From assembly GCF_048403405.1 (NCBI RefSeq), contig NZ_CP183129.1: a DNA stretch of 64,000 bases. One strand, 5' to 3'. Position numbers and translations under genes: made by a program. Position 1 is the first letter of the stretch, and every line of letters starts with the position of its first letter. Shown piece after piece: positions 52,712 to 64,000 of this stretch. The stretch comes from Escherichia coli. Lineage in GTDB: Bacteria; Pseudomonadota; Gammaproteobacteria; Enterobacterales; Enterobacteriaceae. The notes under the pieces are model-generated. The model did not search any database. It was not told where the DNA came from and saw only the letters and a list, made by a program, of their open reading frames with translations.

Positions 52712-53925
52712 ATATTCTGCAATTCAATGTGCGACTGGCGGAAGGCGGGGCAGCAGGTGTGGCGTTAGATCTCCACCAGCGTGCGCTGCAACAGGGGCTG
52801 GCATCACATTTTGTCTACGGCTACGGCAAAGGCGGCAAAGAGAGCGTCAGCCATCAGAACTATCCGCAGGTCATCAAACATACGCCGCGGATGACCGCGA
52901 TGGCGAACATTGCGTTGTTTCGTCTGCTTAATCGCGATCTGTTCGGCAATTTCAATGAGTTATATCGTACCATTACTCGCACACCGGGCCCGGTGGTTCT
53001 GCATTTTCATGTGCTGCACAGCTACTGGTTGAATCTTAACAGCGTGGTGCGCTTTTGCGAAAAAGTGAAAAACCATAAACCGGATGTCACTCTGGTCTGG
53101 ACACTGCACGACCACTGGAGCGTTACCGGACGCTGCGCCTTTACCGACGGTTGCGAAGGCTGGAAAACGGGCTGCCAGAAATGCCCGACCTTAAATAATT
53201 ATCCGCCGGTGAAGATTGATCGCGCACACCAACTGGTGGCGGGTAAACGCCAGTTATTCCGCGAGATGCTGGCACTGGGCTGTCAGTTTATTTCCCCCAG
53301 CCAGCATGTGGCTGATGCTTTCAATAGTCTGTACGGTCCAGGGCGTTGCCGGATTATCAATAACGGTATTGATATGGCAACCGAAGCGATTCTGGCGGAC
53401 TTGCCTCCGGTACGCGAAACCCAGGGCAAGCCGAAAATCGCGGTGGTGGCGCATGACCTGCGTTACGACGGCAAAACTAACCAGCAACTGGTACGCGAGA
53501 TGATGGCGCTGGGCGACAAAATCGAACTGCATACTTTCGGTAAGTTCTCGCCGTTCACCGCTGGTAACGTTGTTAATCACGGCTTTGAAACTGACAAACG
53601 TAAACTGATGAGCGCGCTCAACCAGATGGATGCGCTGGTGTTCAGTTCTCGCGTCGATAACTACCCGCTGATTTTGTGTGAGGCGCTATCAATTGGTGTG
53701 CCGGTGATTGCCACCCATAGCGATGCGGCGCGTGAAGTGCTGCAAAAATCCGGCGGTAAAACCGTCAGCGAAGAAGAGGTGCTGCAACTGGTGCAGTTAA
53801 GCAAACCGGAAATTGCGCAGGCGATATTTGGTACCACGCTGGCTGGGTTTAGCCAACGCAGCCGCGCCGCCTACAGTGGACAACAGATGCTGGAGGAGTA
53901 TGTCAACTTCTATCAGAATCTGTAG
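52708..53925 (+). CDS. wcaC: Colanic acid glycosyltransferase (GT4), 405 aa
   Basis: ORF track; overlaps wcaB stop. Confidence 0.85.
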   Translation: MNILQFNVRLAEGGAAGVALDLHQRALQQGLASHFVYGYGKGGKESVSHQNYPQVIKHTPRMTAMANIALFRLLNRDLFGNFNELYRTITRTPGPVVLHFHVLHSYWLNLNSVVRFCEKVKNHKPDVTLVWTLHDHWSVTGRCAFTDGCEGWKTGCQKCPTLNNYPPVKIDRAHQLVAGKRQLFREMLALGCQFISPSQHVADAFNSLYGPGRCRIINNGIDMATEAILADLPPVRETQGKPKIAVVAHDLRYDGKTNQQLVREMMALGDKIELHTFGKFSPFTAGNVVNHGFETDKRKLMSALNQMDALVFSSRVDNYPLILCEALSIGVPVIATHSDAAREVLQKSGGKTVSEEEVLQLVQLSKPEIAQAIFGTTLAGFSQRSRAAYSGQQMLEEYVNFYQNL

Positions 53926-55117
53926 CTACCTACTGCTGCCGCTGATTTACCTGCTGGTTAACGTCAAAATAGCCCAGCTTGGCGAAAGTTTCCCCATTAC
54001 CATCGTCACTTTTTTACCCGTCTTGTTACTGCTGTTTTTAGAGCGCATCAACGTTAAAAAATTGATGATTGCCTTAGGGGTTGGTGCGGGACTCACGGCG
54101 TTTAACTACCTGTTTGGTCAGTCGTTGGATGCCAGTAAATACGTCACTTCAACCATGCTGTTTGTCTATATTGTGATCATTATTGGCATGGTGTGGAGTA
54201 TTCGTTTTAAAACAATTTCGCCACACAACCATCGCAAGATATTACGTTTCTTTTATCTGGTGGTCGGGCTGGTGGTGGCGCTGGCGGCGGTGGAGATGGC
54301 GCAAATTATCCTCACCGGCGGTAGCAGTATTATGGAGTCGATTTCGAAATATCTGATTTACAGCAACAGCTATGTGCTGAATTTCATTAAATTCGGCGGC
54401 AAGCGCACGACAGCACTTTATTTCGAACCGGCATTTTTCGCTCTGGCATTAATCTCAATTTGGCTCAGCATCAAACAGTTTGGTATCAAAACGCCTAAAA
54501 CCGATGCTATGATTCTCGCAGGGATAATATTATCCGGATCGTTTTCAGGGGTTATGACCTTTATCCTTTTTTATTTGCTGGAGTGGGCATTTCAATATCT
54601 GAATAAAGAGGCGATTAAGAAAAAGTTACCGTTAGCATTGGTTTCTCTGGCTGTATTCCTGGTTGGTGTGGTAATCGCGTTTCCTTATATTTCCACCCGT
54701 CTGGGTGATTTAGGCACGGAAGGTTCGTCATCGTATTATCGTATTGTCGGTCCGCTGGTGATGGTCGGTTATTCTTTGACCCATATTGACGGTGTAGTCA
54801 GATTTGGCTCACTTTATGAATATGTCGCATCATTCGGAATATTTAACGGTGCGGATGTCGGAAAAACCATAGACAATGGTTTGTATCTGCTGATTATTTA
54901 TTTTTCCTGGTTCGCAGTGTTTTTATCGCTGTGGTACATGGGGAAAGTGATAAAAATGATGATCAACGCTTTTGGTGATAACCGCAATTTTCGCGTGCAA
55001 TTATATTTTTTTACTCCGGTATCGCTGTTTTTTACCGGTTCGATATTTAGCCCGGAATATGCATTTTTAATCGTCTGTCCGTTTATTTTGCGAAAAGCGT
55101 TAAATATTACGAGGTAA
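53900..55117 (+). CDS. wcaD: Colanic acid polymerase (Wzy-like), 405 aa
   Basis: ORF 53813..55117; start moved to [10 protein letters not shown]; polytopic membrane protein. Confidence 0.8.
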   Translation: MSTSIRICSYLLLPLIYLLVNVKIAQLGESFPITIVTFLPVLLLLFLERINVKKLMIALGVGAGLTAFNYLFGQSLDASKYVTSTMLFVYIVIIIGMVWSIRFKTISPHNHRKILRFFYLVVGLVVALAAVEMAQIILTGGSSIMESISKYLIYSNSYVLNFIKFGGKRTTALYFEPAFFALALISIWLSIKQFGIKTPKTDAMILAGIILSGSFSGVMTFILFYLLEWAFQYLNKEAIKKKLPLALVSLAVFLVGVVIAFPYISTRLGDLGTEGSSSYYRIVGPLVMVGYSLTHIDGVVRFGSLYEYVASFGIFNGADVGKTIDNGLYLLIIYFSWFAVFLSLWYMGKVIKMMINAFGDNRNFRVQLYFFTPVSLFFTGSIFSPEYAFLIVCPFILRKALNITR

Positions 55118-55127
55118 GAATAAGAAC

Positions 55128-55874
55128 ATGTTGCTTAGCATAATCACTGTCGCGTTTCGTAACCTCGAAGGGATAGTCAAAACACATGCCTCGCTGGCGC
55201 ATCTAGCGCAGGTGGACGATATCAGCTTCGAATGGATTGTTGTCGATGGCGGTTCCAACGACGGTACCCGTGAGTATCTGGAAAATCTCAAGGGTATCTA
55301 TAACCTACGCTTTGTCAGCGAGCCAGATAACGGTATCTACGACGCCATGAACAAGGGCATTGCGATGGCACAAGGCAAGTTCGCGTTGTTTCTCAACTCG
55401 GGCGATATTTTTCATCAGGATGCCGCAAATTTTGTCCGTAAGTTAAAAGTGCAAAAAGATAACGTGATGATCACCGGCGATGCGCTGCTGGATTTTGGCG
55501 ACGGGCATAAAATTAAACGTAGCGCCAAACCGGGCTGGTATATTTACCACAGCCTGCCCGCCAGTCATCAGGCGATATTTTTCCCGGTGTCCGGCTTGAA
55601 GAAATGGCGTTATGACCTGGAATATAAAGTTTCTTCCGACTACGCGCTGGCGGCCAAAATGTATAAAGCCGGTTATGCATTTAAAAAACTCAATGGCCTG
55701 GTGTCTGAATTTTCCATGGGTGGGGTATCTACCACCAATAATATGGAATTGTGTGCTGATGCCAAAAAAGTCCAACGGCAAATATTACATGTGCCTGGCT
55801 TCTGGGCAGAATTATCCTGGCATTTACGCCAGCGTACTACCTCAAAGACGAAAGCCTTATATAACAAAAGCTGA
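55128..55874 (+). CDS. wcaE: Colanic acid glycosyltransferase (GT2), 248 aa
   Basis: ORF track. Confidence 0.85.
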   Translation: MLLSIITVAFRNLEGIVKTHASLAHLAQVDDISFEWIVVDGGSNDGTREYLENLKGIYNLRFVSEPDNGIYDAMNKGIAMAQGKFALFLNSGDIFHQDAANFVRKLKVQKDNVMITGDALLDFGDGHKIKRSAKPGWYIYHSLPASHQAIFFPVSGLKKWRYDLEYKVSSDYALAAKMYKAGYAFKKLNGLVSEFSMGGVSTTNNMELCADAKKVQRQILHVPGFWAELSWHLRQRTTSKTKALYNKS

Positions 55875-55889
55875 ATATAAGGGAAAACG

Positions 55890-56438
55890 ATGCAGGATTT
55901 AAGTGGGTTCTCGGTGCCGAAAGGGTTCCGGGGCAGCAATGCTATTAAAGTGCAATTATGGTGGGCGGTACAGGCAACAATATTTGCCTGGTCGCCACAA
56001 GTATTGTATCGCTGGCGGGCATTTTTATTACGTTTATTCGGCGCAAAAATAGGAAAAAACGTAGTTATTCGTCCGTCAGTAAAAATTACCTATCCGTGGA
56101 AATTAACCTTAGGTGATTACGCGTGGGTCGGCGATGAGGTCAATTTATATACCCTCGGTGAAATAACCATTGGCGCACATTCGGTGATATCGCAAAAAAG
56201 TTATTTATGCACCGGGAGCCACGACCATGCAAGTCAACATTTCACCATTAACGCCACGCCTATTGTGATTGGCGAGAAATGCTGGCTGGCGACAGATGTT
56301 TTTGTTGCCCCTGGCGTCACGATCGGCAACGGCACCGTCGTGGGTGCGCGAAGCAGTGTTTTTAAATCGCTTCCGGCAAATGTGGTTTGCCGGGGGAACC
56401 CCGCAGTGGTGATACGCAAACGCGTTGAAACTGAATAA
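55890..56438 (+). CDS. wcaF: Colanic acid acetyltransferase (hexapeptide repeat), 182 aa
   Basis: ORF track. Confidence 0.85.
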   Translation: MQDLSGFSVPKGFRGSNAIKVQLWWAVQATIFAWSPQVLYRWRAFLLRLFGAKIGKNVVIRPSVKITYPWKLTLGDYAWVGDEVNLYTLGEITIGAHSVISQKSYLCTGSHDHASQHFTINATPIVIGEKCWLATDVFVAPGVTIGNGTVVGARSSVFKSLPANVVCRGNPAVVIRKRVETE

Positions 56439-56464
56439 ATTCAAAAAATACAGAGGAATAAGAC

Positions 56465-57586
56465 ATGTCAAAAGTCGCTCTCATCACCGGCGTAACCGGA
56501 CAAGACGGTTCTTACCTGGCAGAGTTTCTGCTGGAAAAAGGTTACGAGGTGCATGGTATTAAGCGTCGCGCATCGTCATTCAACACCGAGCGCGTGGATC
56601 ACATTTATCAGGATCCGCACACCTGCAACCCGAAATTCCATCTGCATTATGGCGACCTGAGTGATACCTCCAACCTGACGCGCATTTTGCGTGAAGTGCA
56701 GCCGGATGAAGTGTACAACCTGGGCGCAATGAGCCACGTTGCGGTTTCTTTTGAGTCACCGGAATATACCGCTGACGTCGACGCGATGGGTACGCTGCGT
56801 CTGCTGGAGGCGATCCGCTTCCTCGGTCTGGAAAAGAAAACCCGTTTCTATCAGGCTTCCACCTCTGAACTGTATGGTCTGGTGCAGGAAATTCCGCAGA
56901 AAGAAACCACGCCGTTCTATCCACGCTCTCCGTATGCGGTCGCCAAACTGTACGCCTACTGGATCACCGTTAACTACCGCGAATCCTACGGCATGTACGC
57001 CTGTAACGGTATTCTCTTCAACCATGAATCCCCGCGCCGCGGCGAAACCTTCGTTACCCGCAAAATCACCCGCGCAATCGCCAACATCGCCCAGGGGCTG
57101 GAATCGTGCCTGTACCTCGGCAATATGGATTCCCTGCGTGACTGGGGCCATGCCAAAGACTACGTAAAAATGCAGTGGATGATGCTGCAACAGGAACAAC
57201 CGGAAGATTTCGTTATTGCCACCGGCGTTCAGTACTCCGTGCGTCAGTTCGTGGAAATGGCGGCAGCACAACTGGGCATCAAACTGCGCTTTGAAGGTAC
57301 GGGCGTTGAAGAGAAGGGCATTGTGGTTTCCGTCACCGGGCATGACGCGCCGGGCGTTAAACCGGGTGATGTGATTATCGCCGTTGATCCGCGTTACTTC
57401 CGTCCGGCTGAAGTTGAAACGCTGCTCGGCGACCCGACCAAAGCGCACGAAAAACTGGGCTGGAAACCGGAAATCACCCTCAGAGAGATGGTGTCTGAAA
57501 TGGTGGCTAATGACCTTGAAGCGGCGAAAAAACACTCTCTGCTGAAATCTCACGGCTACGACGTGGCGATCGCGCTGGAGTCATAA
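56465..57586 (+). CDS. gmd: GDP-mannose 4,6-dehydratase, 373 aa
   Basis: ORF track; SDR motifs GVTGQDGSY. Confidence 0.9.
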
Positions 57587-57588
57587 GC

Positions 57589-58554
57589 ATGAGTAAACAA
57601 CGCATTTTTATCGCTGGCCATCGCGGGATGGTCGGTTCCGCCATCAGGCGGCAGCTCGAACAGCGCGGTGATGTGGAACTGGTATTACGCACCCGCGACG
57701 AGCTGAACCTGCTGGACAGCCGCGCGGTGCATGATTTCTTTGCCAGCGAACGTATTGACCAGGTCTATCTGGCGGCGGCGAAAGTGGGCGGCATTGTTGC
57801 CAACAACACCTATCCGGCAGATTTCATCTACCAGAACATGATGATTGAGAGCAACATCATTCACGCCGCGCATCAGAACGACGTGAACAAACTGCTGTTT
57901 CTCGGATCGTCCTGTATCTACCCGAAACTGGCAAAACAGCCGATGGCAGAAAGCGAGTTATTGCAGGGTACGCTGGAGCCGACTAACGAGCCTTATGCTA
58001 TTGCCAAAATCGCCGGGATCAAACTGTGCGAATCTTACAACCGCCAGTATGGACGCGATTATCGCTCGGTCATGCCGACCAACCTGTATGGCCCGCATGA
58101 CAACTTCCACCCGAGTAATTCGCATGTGATCCCTGCATTGCTGCGTCGCTTCCACGAGGCGACGGCACAGAATGCACCGGACGTGGTGGTGTGGGGCAGC
58201 GGTACACCGATGCGCGAATTTCTGCACGTCGATGATATGGCGGCGGCGAGCATTCATGTGATGGAGCTGGCGCACGAAGTCTGGCTGGAGAACACCCAAC
58301 CGATGCTGTCGCACATTAACGTCGGCACGGGCGTTGACTGCACTATCCGCGAGCTGGCGCAAACCATCGCCAAAGTGGTGGGTTACAAAGGTCGGGTGGT
58401 TTTTGATGCCAGTAAACCGGATGGTACACCGCGCAAACTGCTGGATGTGACACGCCTGCATCAGCTTGGCTGGTATCACGAAATCTCACTGGAAGCGGGG
58501 CTCGCCAGCACTTACCAGTGGTTCCTTGAGAATCAAGACCGCTTTCGGGGGTAA
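57589..58554 (+). CDS. fcl: GDP-L-fucose synthase, 321 aa
   Basis: ORF track; NAD(P)-binding GHRGMVGSA. Confidence 0.9.
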   Translation: MSKQRIFIAGHRGMVGSAIRRQLEQRGDVELVLRTRDELNLLDSRAVHDFFASERIDQVYLAAAKVGGIVANNTYPADFIYQNMMIESNIIHAAHQNDVNKLLFLGSSCIYPKLAKQPMAESELLQGTLEPTNEPYAIAKIAGIKLCESYNRQYGRDYRSVMPTNLYGPHDNFHPSNSHVIPALLRRFHEATAQNAPDVVVWGSGTPMREFLHVDDMAAASIHVMELAHEVWLENTQPMLSHINVGTGVDCTIRELAQTIAKVVGYKGRVVFDASKPDGTPRKLLDVTRLHQLGWYHEISLEAGLASTYQWFLENQDRFRG

Positions 58555-58556
58555 TG

Positions 58557-59036
58557 ATGTTTTTACGTCAGGAAGACTTTGCCACGGTAGTGCGCTCTAC
58601 TCCGCTTGTCTCTCTCGACTTTATTGTCGAGAACAGTCGCGGCGAGTTTCTGCTTGGCAAAAGAACCAACCGCCCGGCGCAGGGTTACTGGTTTGTGCCG
58701 GGAGGGCGCGTGCAGAAAGACGAAACGCTGGAAGCCGCATTTGAGCGGCTGACGATGGAGGAACTGGGGCTGCGTCTGCCGATAACAGTAGGCCAGTTTT
58801 ACGGTGTCTGGCAGCACTTTTATGACGATAACTTCTCCGACACGGATTTCACCACTCACTATGTGGTGCTCGGTTTTCGCTTCAGAGTCGCTGAAGAAGA
58901 TCTGTTACTGCCGGATGAGCAGCATGACGATTACCGCTGGCTGACGCCGGACGCGTTGCTCGCCAGTGACAATGTTCACGCTAACAGCCGCGCCTATTTT
59001 CTCGCTGAGAAGCGTGCCGGAGTTCCCGGATTATGA
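58557..59036 (+). CDS. gmm: GDP-mannose mannosyl hydrolase (Nudix), 159 aa
   Basis: ORF 58554..59036; second Met chosen as start. Confidence 0.85.
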   Translation: MFLRQEDFATVVRSTPLVSLDFIVENSRGEFLLGKRTNRPAQGYWFVPGGRVQKDETLEAAFERLTMEELGLRLPITVGQFYGVWQHFYDDNFSDTDFTTHYVVLGFRFRVAEEDLLLPDEQHDDYRWLTPDALLASDNVHANSRAYFLAEKRAGVPGL

Positions 59037-60256
59037 AAATACTGGTCTACGGCATTAACTACTCGCCGGAGTTAACCGGCATCGGCAAGTACACCGGCGA
59101 GATGGTGGAATGGCTGGCGGCACAAGGTCATGAGGTGCGGGTTATTACCGCACCGCCTTACTACCCGCAATGGCAGGTGGGCGAGAACTATTCCGCCTGG
59201 CGGTACAAACGAGAAGAGGGGGCCGCCACGGTGTGGCGCTGCCCGCTGTACGTGCCAAAACAGCCGAGCACCCTGAAACGCCTGTTGCATCTCGGCAGTT
59301 TTGCCGCCAGCAGTTTCTTTCCGCTGATGGCGCAACGTCGCTGGAAGCCGGATCGCATTATCGGCGTGGTGCCAACGCTGTTTTGCACGCCGGGAATGCG
59401 CCTGCTGGCGAAACTGTCTGGTGCGCGCACGGTGCTGCATATTCAGGATTACGAAGTGGACGCCATGCTGGGGCTGGGCCTTGCCGGAAAAGGCAAAGGC
59501 GGCAAAGTGGCACAGCTGGCGACGGCGTTCGAACGTAGCGGACTGCATAACGTCGATAACGTCTCCACGATTTCGCGTTCGATGATGAATAAAGCCATCG
59601 AAAAAGGCGTGGCGGCAGAAAACGTCATCTTCTTCCCCAACTGGTCGGAAATCGCCCGTTTTCAACATGTTGCAGACGCCGATGTTGACGACCTTCGTAA
59701 CCAGCTTGCCCTGCCGGATAACAAAAAAATCATTCTTTACTCCGGCAATATTGGTGAAAAGCAGGGGCTGGAAAACGTTATTGAAGCTGCCGATCGCCTG
59801 CGCGATGAACCGCTTATTTTTGCCATTGTCGGGCAGGGCGGCGGCAAAGCGCGGCTGGAAAAAATGGCGCAGCAGCGTGGACTGCGCAACATGCAATTTT
59901 TTCCGCTGCAATCATATGACGCTTTACCCGCACTGCTGAAGATGGGCGATTGCCATCTGGTGGTGCAAAAACGCGGCGCGGCAGATGCCGTATTGCCGTC
60001 GAAACTGACCAATATTCTGGCGGTAGGCGGTAACGCGGTGATTACTGCTGAAGCCCACACAGAACTGGGACAGCTTTGCGAAACCTTTCCGGGCATTGCG
60101 GTTTGCGTGGAACCGGAATCGGTCGAGGCGCTGGTGGCGGGGATTCGTCAGGCGCTCCTGCTGCCCAAACACAACACGGTGGCACGTGAATATGCCGAAC
60201 GCACGCTCGATAAAGAGAACGTGTTACGTCAATTTATAAATGATATTCGGGGATAA
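59033..60256 (+). CDS. wcaI: Colanic acid glycosyltransferase (GT4), 407 aa
   Basis: ORF track; overlaps gmm stop. Confidence 0.85.
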   Translation: MKILVYGINYSPELTGIGKYTGEMVEWLAAQGHEVRVITAPPYYPQWQVGENYSAWRYKREEGAATVWRCPLYVPKQPSTLKRLLHLGSFAASSFFPLMAQRRWKPDRIIGVVPTLFCTPGMRLLAKLSGARTVLHIQDYEVDAMLGLGLAGKGKGGKVAQLATAFERSGLHNVDNVSTISRSMMNKAIEKGVAAENVIFFPNWSEIARFQHVADADVDDLRNQLALPDNKKIILYSGNIGEKQGLENVIEAADRLRDEPLIFAIVGQGGGKARLEKMAQQRGLRNMQFFPLQSYDALPALLKMGDCHLVVQKRGAADAVLPSKLTNILAVGGNAVITAEAHTELGQLCETFPGIAVCVEPESVEALVAGIRQALLLPKHNTVAREYAERTLDKENVLRQFINDIRG

Positions 60257-60258
60257 TT

Positions 60259-61695
60259 ATGGCGCAGTCGAAACTCTATCCAGTTGTGATGGCAGGTGGC
60301 TCCGGTAGCCGCTTATGGCCGCTTTCCCGCGTACTTTACCCCAAGCAGTTTTTATGCCTGAAAGGCGATCTCACCATGCTGCAAACCACCATCTGCCGCC
60401 TGAACGGCGTGGAGTGCGAAAGCCCGGTGGTGATTTGCAATGAGCAGCACCGCTTTATTGTCGCGGAACAGCTGCGTCAACTGAATAAACTCACCGAGAA
60501 CATTATTCTCGAACCGGCAGGGCGTAACACTGCACCTGCCATTGCGCTGGCGGCGCTGGCGGCAAAACGTCATAGCCCGGAGAGCGACCCGTTAATGCTG
60601 GTCTTGGCGGCGGATCATGTGATTGCCGACGAAGACGCGTTCCGTGCCGCCGTGCGTAATGCCATGCCGTATGCCGAAGCGGGTAAGCTGGTCACCTTCG
60701 GCATTGTGCCGGATCTACCTGAAACCGGATATGGCTATATTCGTCGCGGTGAAGTGTCGGCGGGCGAGCAGGATACGGTGGCCTTTGAAGTGGCGCAGTT
60801 TGTCGAAAAACCGAATCTGGAAACCGCTCAGGCCTATGTGGCAAGCGGCGAATATTACTGGAACAGCGGTATGTTCCTGTTCCGTGCCGGACGCTATCTC
60901 GAAGAACTGAAAAAATATCGCCCGGATATTCTCGATGCCTGCGAAAAAGCGATGAGCGCCGTCGATCCGGATCTCGATTTTATTCGTGTGGATGAAGAAG
61001 CGTTTCTGGCCTGCCCGGAAGAGTCGGTGGATTACGCGGTCATGGAACGCACGGCAGATGCCGTTGTGGTGCCGATGGATGCAGGCTGGAGCGATGTCGG
61101 CTCCTGGTCCTCTTTATGGGAGATCAGCGCCCACACCGCCGAGGGCAACGTTTGCCATGGCGATGTGATTAATCACAAAACTGAAAACAGCTATGTGTAT
61201 GCCGAATCTGGCCTGGTCACCACCGTCGGGGTGAAAGATTTGGTGGTAGTGCAGACCAAAGATGCGGTGCTGATTGCCGACCGTAATGCGGTGCAGGATG
61301 TGAAAAAAGTGGTCGAGCAGATCAAAGCTGATGGTCGCCATGAGCATCGGGTGCATCGCGAAGTGTATCGTCCGTGGGGCAAATATGACTCTATCGACGC
61401 GGGCGACCGCTATCAGGTGAAACGCATCACCGTGAAACCGGGCGAAGGCTTGTCAGTACAGATGCACCATCACCGCGCGGAACACTGGGTAGTGGTCGCG
61501 GGAACGGCAAAAGTCACTATTGACGGTGATATCAAACTGCTTGGTGAAAACGAGTCCATTTATATTCCGCTGGGGGCGACGCACTGCCTGGAAAACCCGG
61601 GGAAAATTCCGCTCGATTTAATTGAAGTGCGCTCCGGCTCTTATCTCGAAGAGGATGATGTGGTGCGCTTCGCGGATCGCTACGGACGGGTGTAG
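60259..61695 (+). CDS. cpsB: Mannose-1-phosphate guanylyltransferase, 478 aa
   Basis: ORF track; recognised ManC/CpsB sequence. Confidence 0.9.
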   Translation: MAQSKLYPVVMAGGSGSRLWPLSRVLYPKQFLCLKGDLTMLQTTICRLNGVECESPVVICNEQHRFIVAEQLRQLNKLTENIILEPAGRNTAPAIALAALAAKRHSPESDPLMLVLAADHVIADEDAFRAAVRNAMPYAEAGKLVTFGIVPDLPETGYGYIRRGEVSAGEQDTVAFEVAQFVEKPNLETAQAYVASGEYYWNSGMFLFRAGRYLEELKKYRPDILDACEKAMSAVDPDLDFIRVDEEAFLACPEESVDYAVMERTADAVVVPMDAGWSDVGSWSSLWEISAHTAEGNVCHGDVINHKTENSYVYAESGLVTTVGVKDLVVVQTKDAVLIADRNAVQDVKKVVEQIKADGRHEHRVHREVYRPWGKYDSIDAGDRYQVKRITVKPGEGLSVQMHHHRAEHWVVVAGTAKVTIDGDIKLLGENESIYIPLGATHCLENPGKIPLDLIEVRSGSYLEEDDVVRFADRYGRV

Positions 61696-61795
61696 CCGTT
61701 GAATAATCAACCGGATTAATTCTCCGGTAAATAACGAAAAAACAAAATTGGCCGTTTCGGTCAGGGCCAACTATTGCCTGAAAAAGGGTAACGAC

Positions 61796-63166
61796 ATGAA
61801 AAAATTAACCTGCTTTAAAGCCTATGATATTCGCGGGAAATTAGGCGAAGAACTGAATGAAGATATCGCCTGGCGCATTGGTCGCGCCTATGGCGAATTT
61901 CTCAAACCGAAAACCATTGTGTTAGGCTGTGATGTCCGCCTCACCAGCGAAACCTTAAAACTGGCGCTGGCGAAAGGTTTACAGGATGCGGGCGTCGATG
62001 TGCTGGATATTGGCATGTCCGGCACCGAAGAGATCTATTTCGCCACGTTCCATCTCGGCGTGGATGGTGGCATTGAAGTTACCGCCAGCCATAACCCGAT
62101 GGATTACAACGGCATGAAGCTGGTGCGCGAGGGGGCCCGCCCGATCAGCGGTGATACCGGACTGCGCGATGTCCAGCGTCTGGCAGAAGCCAACGACTTC
62201 CCTCCCGTTGATGAAACCAAACGCGGTCGCTATCAGCAAATCAATCTGCGTGACGCTTACGTTGATCACCTGTTCGGTTATATCAACGTCAAAAACCTCA
62301 CGCCGCTCAAGCTGGTGATCAACTCCGGGAACGGCGCAGCGGGTCCGGTGGTGGACGCCATCGAAGCCCGCTTTAACGCCCTCGGCGCACCTGTGGAATT
62401 GATCAAAGTGCACAACACGCCGGACGGCAATTTCCCCAACGGTATTCCTAACCCGCTGCTGCCAGAATGTCGCGACGACACTCGCAATGCGGTCATTAAA
62501 CACGGCGCGGATATGGGCATTGCCTTTGATGGCGATTTTGACCGCTGTTTCCTGTTTGACGAAAAAGGGCAGTTTATCGAGGGTTACTACATTGTCGGTT
62601 TGCTGGCAGAAGCGTTCCTCGAAAAAAATCCCGGCGCGAAGATCATCCACGATCCGCGTCTCTCCTGGAACACCGTTGATGTGGTGACTGCCGCAGGCGG
62701 TACGCCGGTAATGTCGAAAACCGGACACGCCTTTATTAAAGAACGTATGCGCAAGGAAGACGCCATCTACGGTGGCGAAATGAGCGCCCACCATTACTTC
62801 CGTGATTTCGCTTACTGCGACAGCGGCATGATCCCGTGGCTGCTGGTCGCCGAACTGGTGTGCCTGAAAGGAAAAACGCTGGGCGAACTGGTGCGCGACC
62901 GGATGGCGGCGTTTCCGGCAAGCGGTGAGATCAACAGCAAACTGGCACAACCTGTTGAGGCGATTAACCGCGTGGAACAGCACTTTAGCCGCGAGGCGCT
63001 GGCGGTGGATCGTACCGATGGCATCAGCATGACCTTTGCCGACTGGCGCTTTAATCTGCGCTCCTCCAACACCGAACCGGTGGTGCGGTTGAATGTGGAA
63101 TCACGCGGTGATGTGCCGCTGATGGAAGCGCGAACGCGAACTCTGCTGACGTTGCTGAACGAGTAA
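61796..63166 (+). CDS. cpsG: Phosphomannomutase, 456 aa
   Basis: ORF 61748..63166; start moved to [10 protein letters not shown]; active-site TASHNP. Confidence 0.9.
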   Translation: MKKLTCFKAYDIRGKLGEELNEDIAWRIGRAYGEFLKPKTIVLGCDVRLTSETLKLALAKGLQDAGVDVLDIGMSGTEEIYFATFHLGVDGGIEVTASHNPMDYNGMKLVREGARPISGDTGLRDVQRLAEANDFPPVDETKRGRYQQINLRDAYVDHLFGYINVKNLTPLKLVINSGNGAAGPVVDAIEARFNALGAPVELIKVHNTPDGNFPNGIPNPLLPECRDDTRNAVIKHGADMGIAFDGDFDRCFLFDEKGQFIEGYYIVGLLAEAFLEKNPGAKIIHDPRLSWNTVDVVTAAGGTPVMSKTGHAFIKERMRKEDAIYGGEMSAHHYFRDFAYCDSGMIPWLLVAELVCLKGKTLGELVRDRMAAFPASGEINSKLAQPVEAINRVEQHFSREALAVDRTDGISMTFADWRFNLRSSNTEPVVRLNVESRGDVPLMEARTRTLLTLLNE

Positions 63167-63220
63167 TGTCGGATCTTCCCTTACTCCACTGCGGGTAAGG
63201 GGTTAAAAACAGGAACAACG

Positions 63221-64000
63221 ATGACAAATCTAAAAAAGCGCGAGCGAGCGAAAACCAATGCATCGTTAATCTCTATGGTGCAACGCTTTTCAGATATCAC
63301 CATCATGTTTGCCGGACTATGGCTGGTTTGCGAAGTGAGCGGACTGTCATTCCTCTACATGCACCTGTTGGTGGCGCTGATTACGCTGGTGGTGTTCCAG
63401 ATGCTGGGCGGCATCACCGATTTTTATCGCTCATGGCGCGGTGTTCGGGCATCGACAGAATTTGCTCTGTTGCTACAAAACTGGACGTTAAGCGTGATTT
63501 TCAGCGCCGGACTGGTGGCGTTTAACAATGATTTCGACACGCAACTGAAAATCTGGCTGGCGTGGTATGGACTGACCAGCATCGGACTGGTGGTTTGCCG
63601 TTCGTGTATTCGCATTGGGGCGGGCTGGCTGCGTAATCATGGCTATAACAAACGCATGGTCGCCGTAGCGGGGGATTTAGCCGCCGGACAAATGCTGATG
63701 GAAAGCTTCCGTAATCAGCCGTGGTTAGGGTTTGAAGTGGTGGGCGTTTACCACGACCCGAAACCGGGCGGCGTTTCTAACGACTGGGCGGGCAATCTGC
63801 AACAACTGGTCGAGGATGCGAAAGCGGGCAAGATTCATAACGTCTATATCGCGATGCAGATGTGCGACGGCGCGCGAGTGAAAAAACTGGTCCATCAACT
63901 GGCGGACACCACCTGTTCGGTGCTGCTGATCCCCGATGTCTTTACCTTCAACATTCTCCATTCCCGTCTCGAAGAGATGAACGGCGTACCGGTGGTGCCG
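63221..64000 (+). CDS. wcaJ: Undecaprenyl-phosphate glucose phosphotransferase WcaJ, 5' portion only (runs off the window)
   Basis: Open frame from ATG 63221 to the window end (MTNLKKRERAKTNASL…); absent from the ORF track because no stop is reached. Confidence 0.8.
   Translation, partial: MTNLKKRERAKTNASLISMVQRFSDITIMFAGLWLVCEVSGLSFLYMHLLVALITLVVFQMLGGITDFYRSWRGVRASTEFALLLQNWTLSVIFSAGLVAFNNDFDTQLKIWLAWYGLTSIGLVVCRSCIRIGAGWLRNHGYNKRMVAVAGDLAAGQMLMESFRNQPWLGFEVVGVYHDPKPGGVSNDWAGNLQQLVEDAKAGKIHNVYIAMQMCDGARVKKLVHQLADTTCSVLLIPDVFTFNILHSRLEEMNGVPVVP

Noticed and set aside
56756-57553. 265-aa minus-strand ORF antisense to gmd
   Set aside because: Shadow ORF inside a highly conserved gene; the sense frame encodes a recognisable SDR-family dehydratase
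59072-59911. 279-aa minus-strand ORF antisense to wcaI
   Set aside because: Shadow ORF opposite a conserved glycosyltransferase; Arg/His-rich composition typical of antisense translation
61979-62983. 334-aa minus-strand ORF antisense to cpsG
   Set aside because: Shadow ORF; the sense frame carries the phosphomannomutase active-site motif

Overview
This window reads as a contiguous stretch of Escherichia coli chromosome, collinear with the K-12 region from rcnA to the colanic-acid (wca) cluster but in reverse orientation, and not K-12 itself. All identifications come from reading the ORF track and recognising protein and RNA sequences from memory; no search or computation was run, so coordinates of non-ORF features are approximate. 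Gene order: rcnA/rcnR, TPP riboswitch-thiMD, yegX, yegW/yegVUT, fbaB, gatYZABCD-gatR, yegS, yegR, cyaR, yegQ/yegP, baeSR-mdtDCBA, three tandem ibs/sib type I toxin-antitoxin repeats, yegL-yegK-yegI, yegD, alkA, dgcE, udk, dcd, asmA, a toxin-antitoxin pair, yegH, then wza-wzb-wzc-wcaA-F-gmd-fcl-gmm-wcaI-cpsB-cpsG and the start of wcaJ. No IS element, integrase, tRNA, rRNA or CRISPR array was seen. The best candidate for an under-described system is the translationally coupled yegL-yegK-yegI triad (vWA protein, PP2C phosphatase, atypical membrane Ser/Thr kinase), which has TerY-P-like architecture. Secondary candidates are a HigB/Gp49-like toxin with HTH antitoxin between asmA and yegH, the three-copy ibs/sib array (one copy with a Glu inside the hydrophobic toxin), and the uncharacterised yegW/yegVUT nucleoside-like module. 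Differences from K-12 as I recall it: gatR is intact, the cyaR/P2 attachment site is unoccupied, and there are three rather than two ibs/sib copies.
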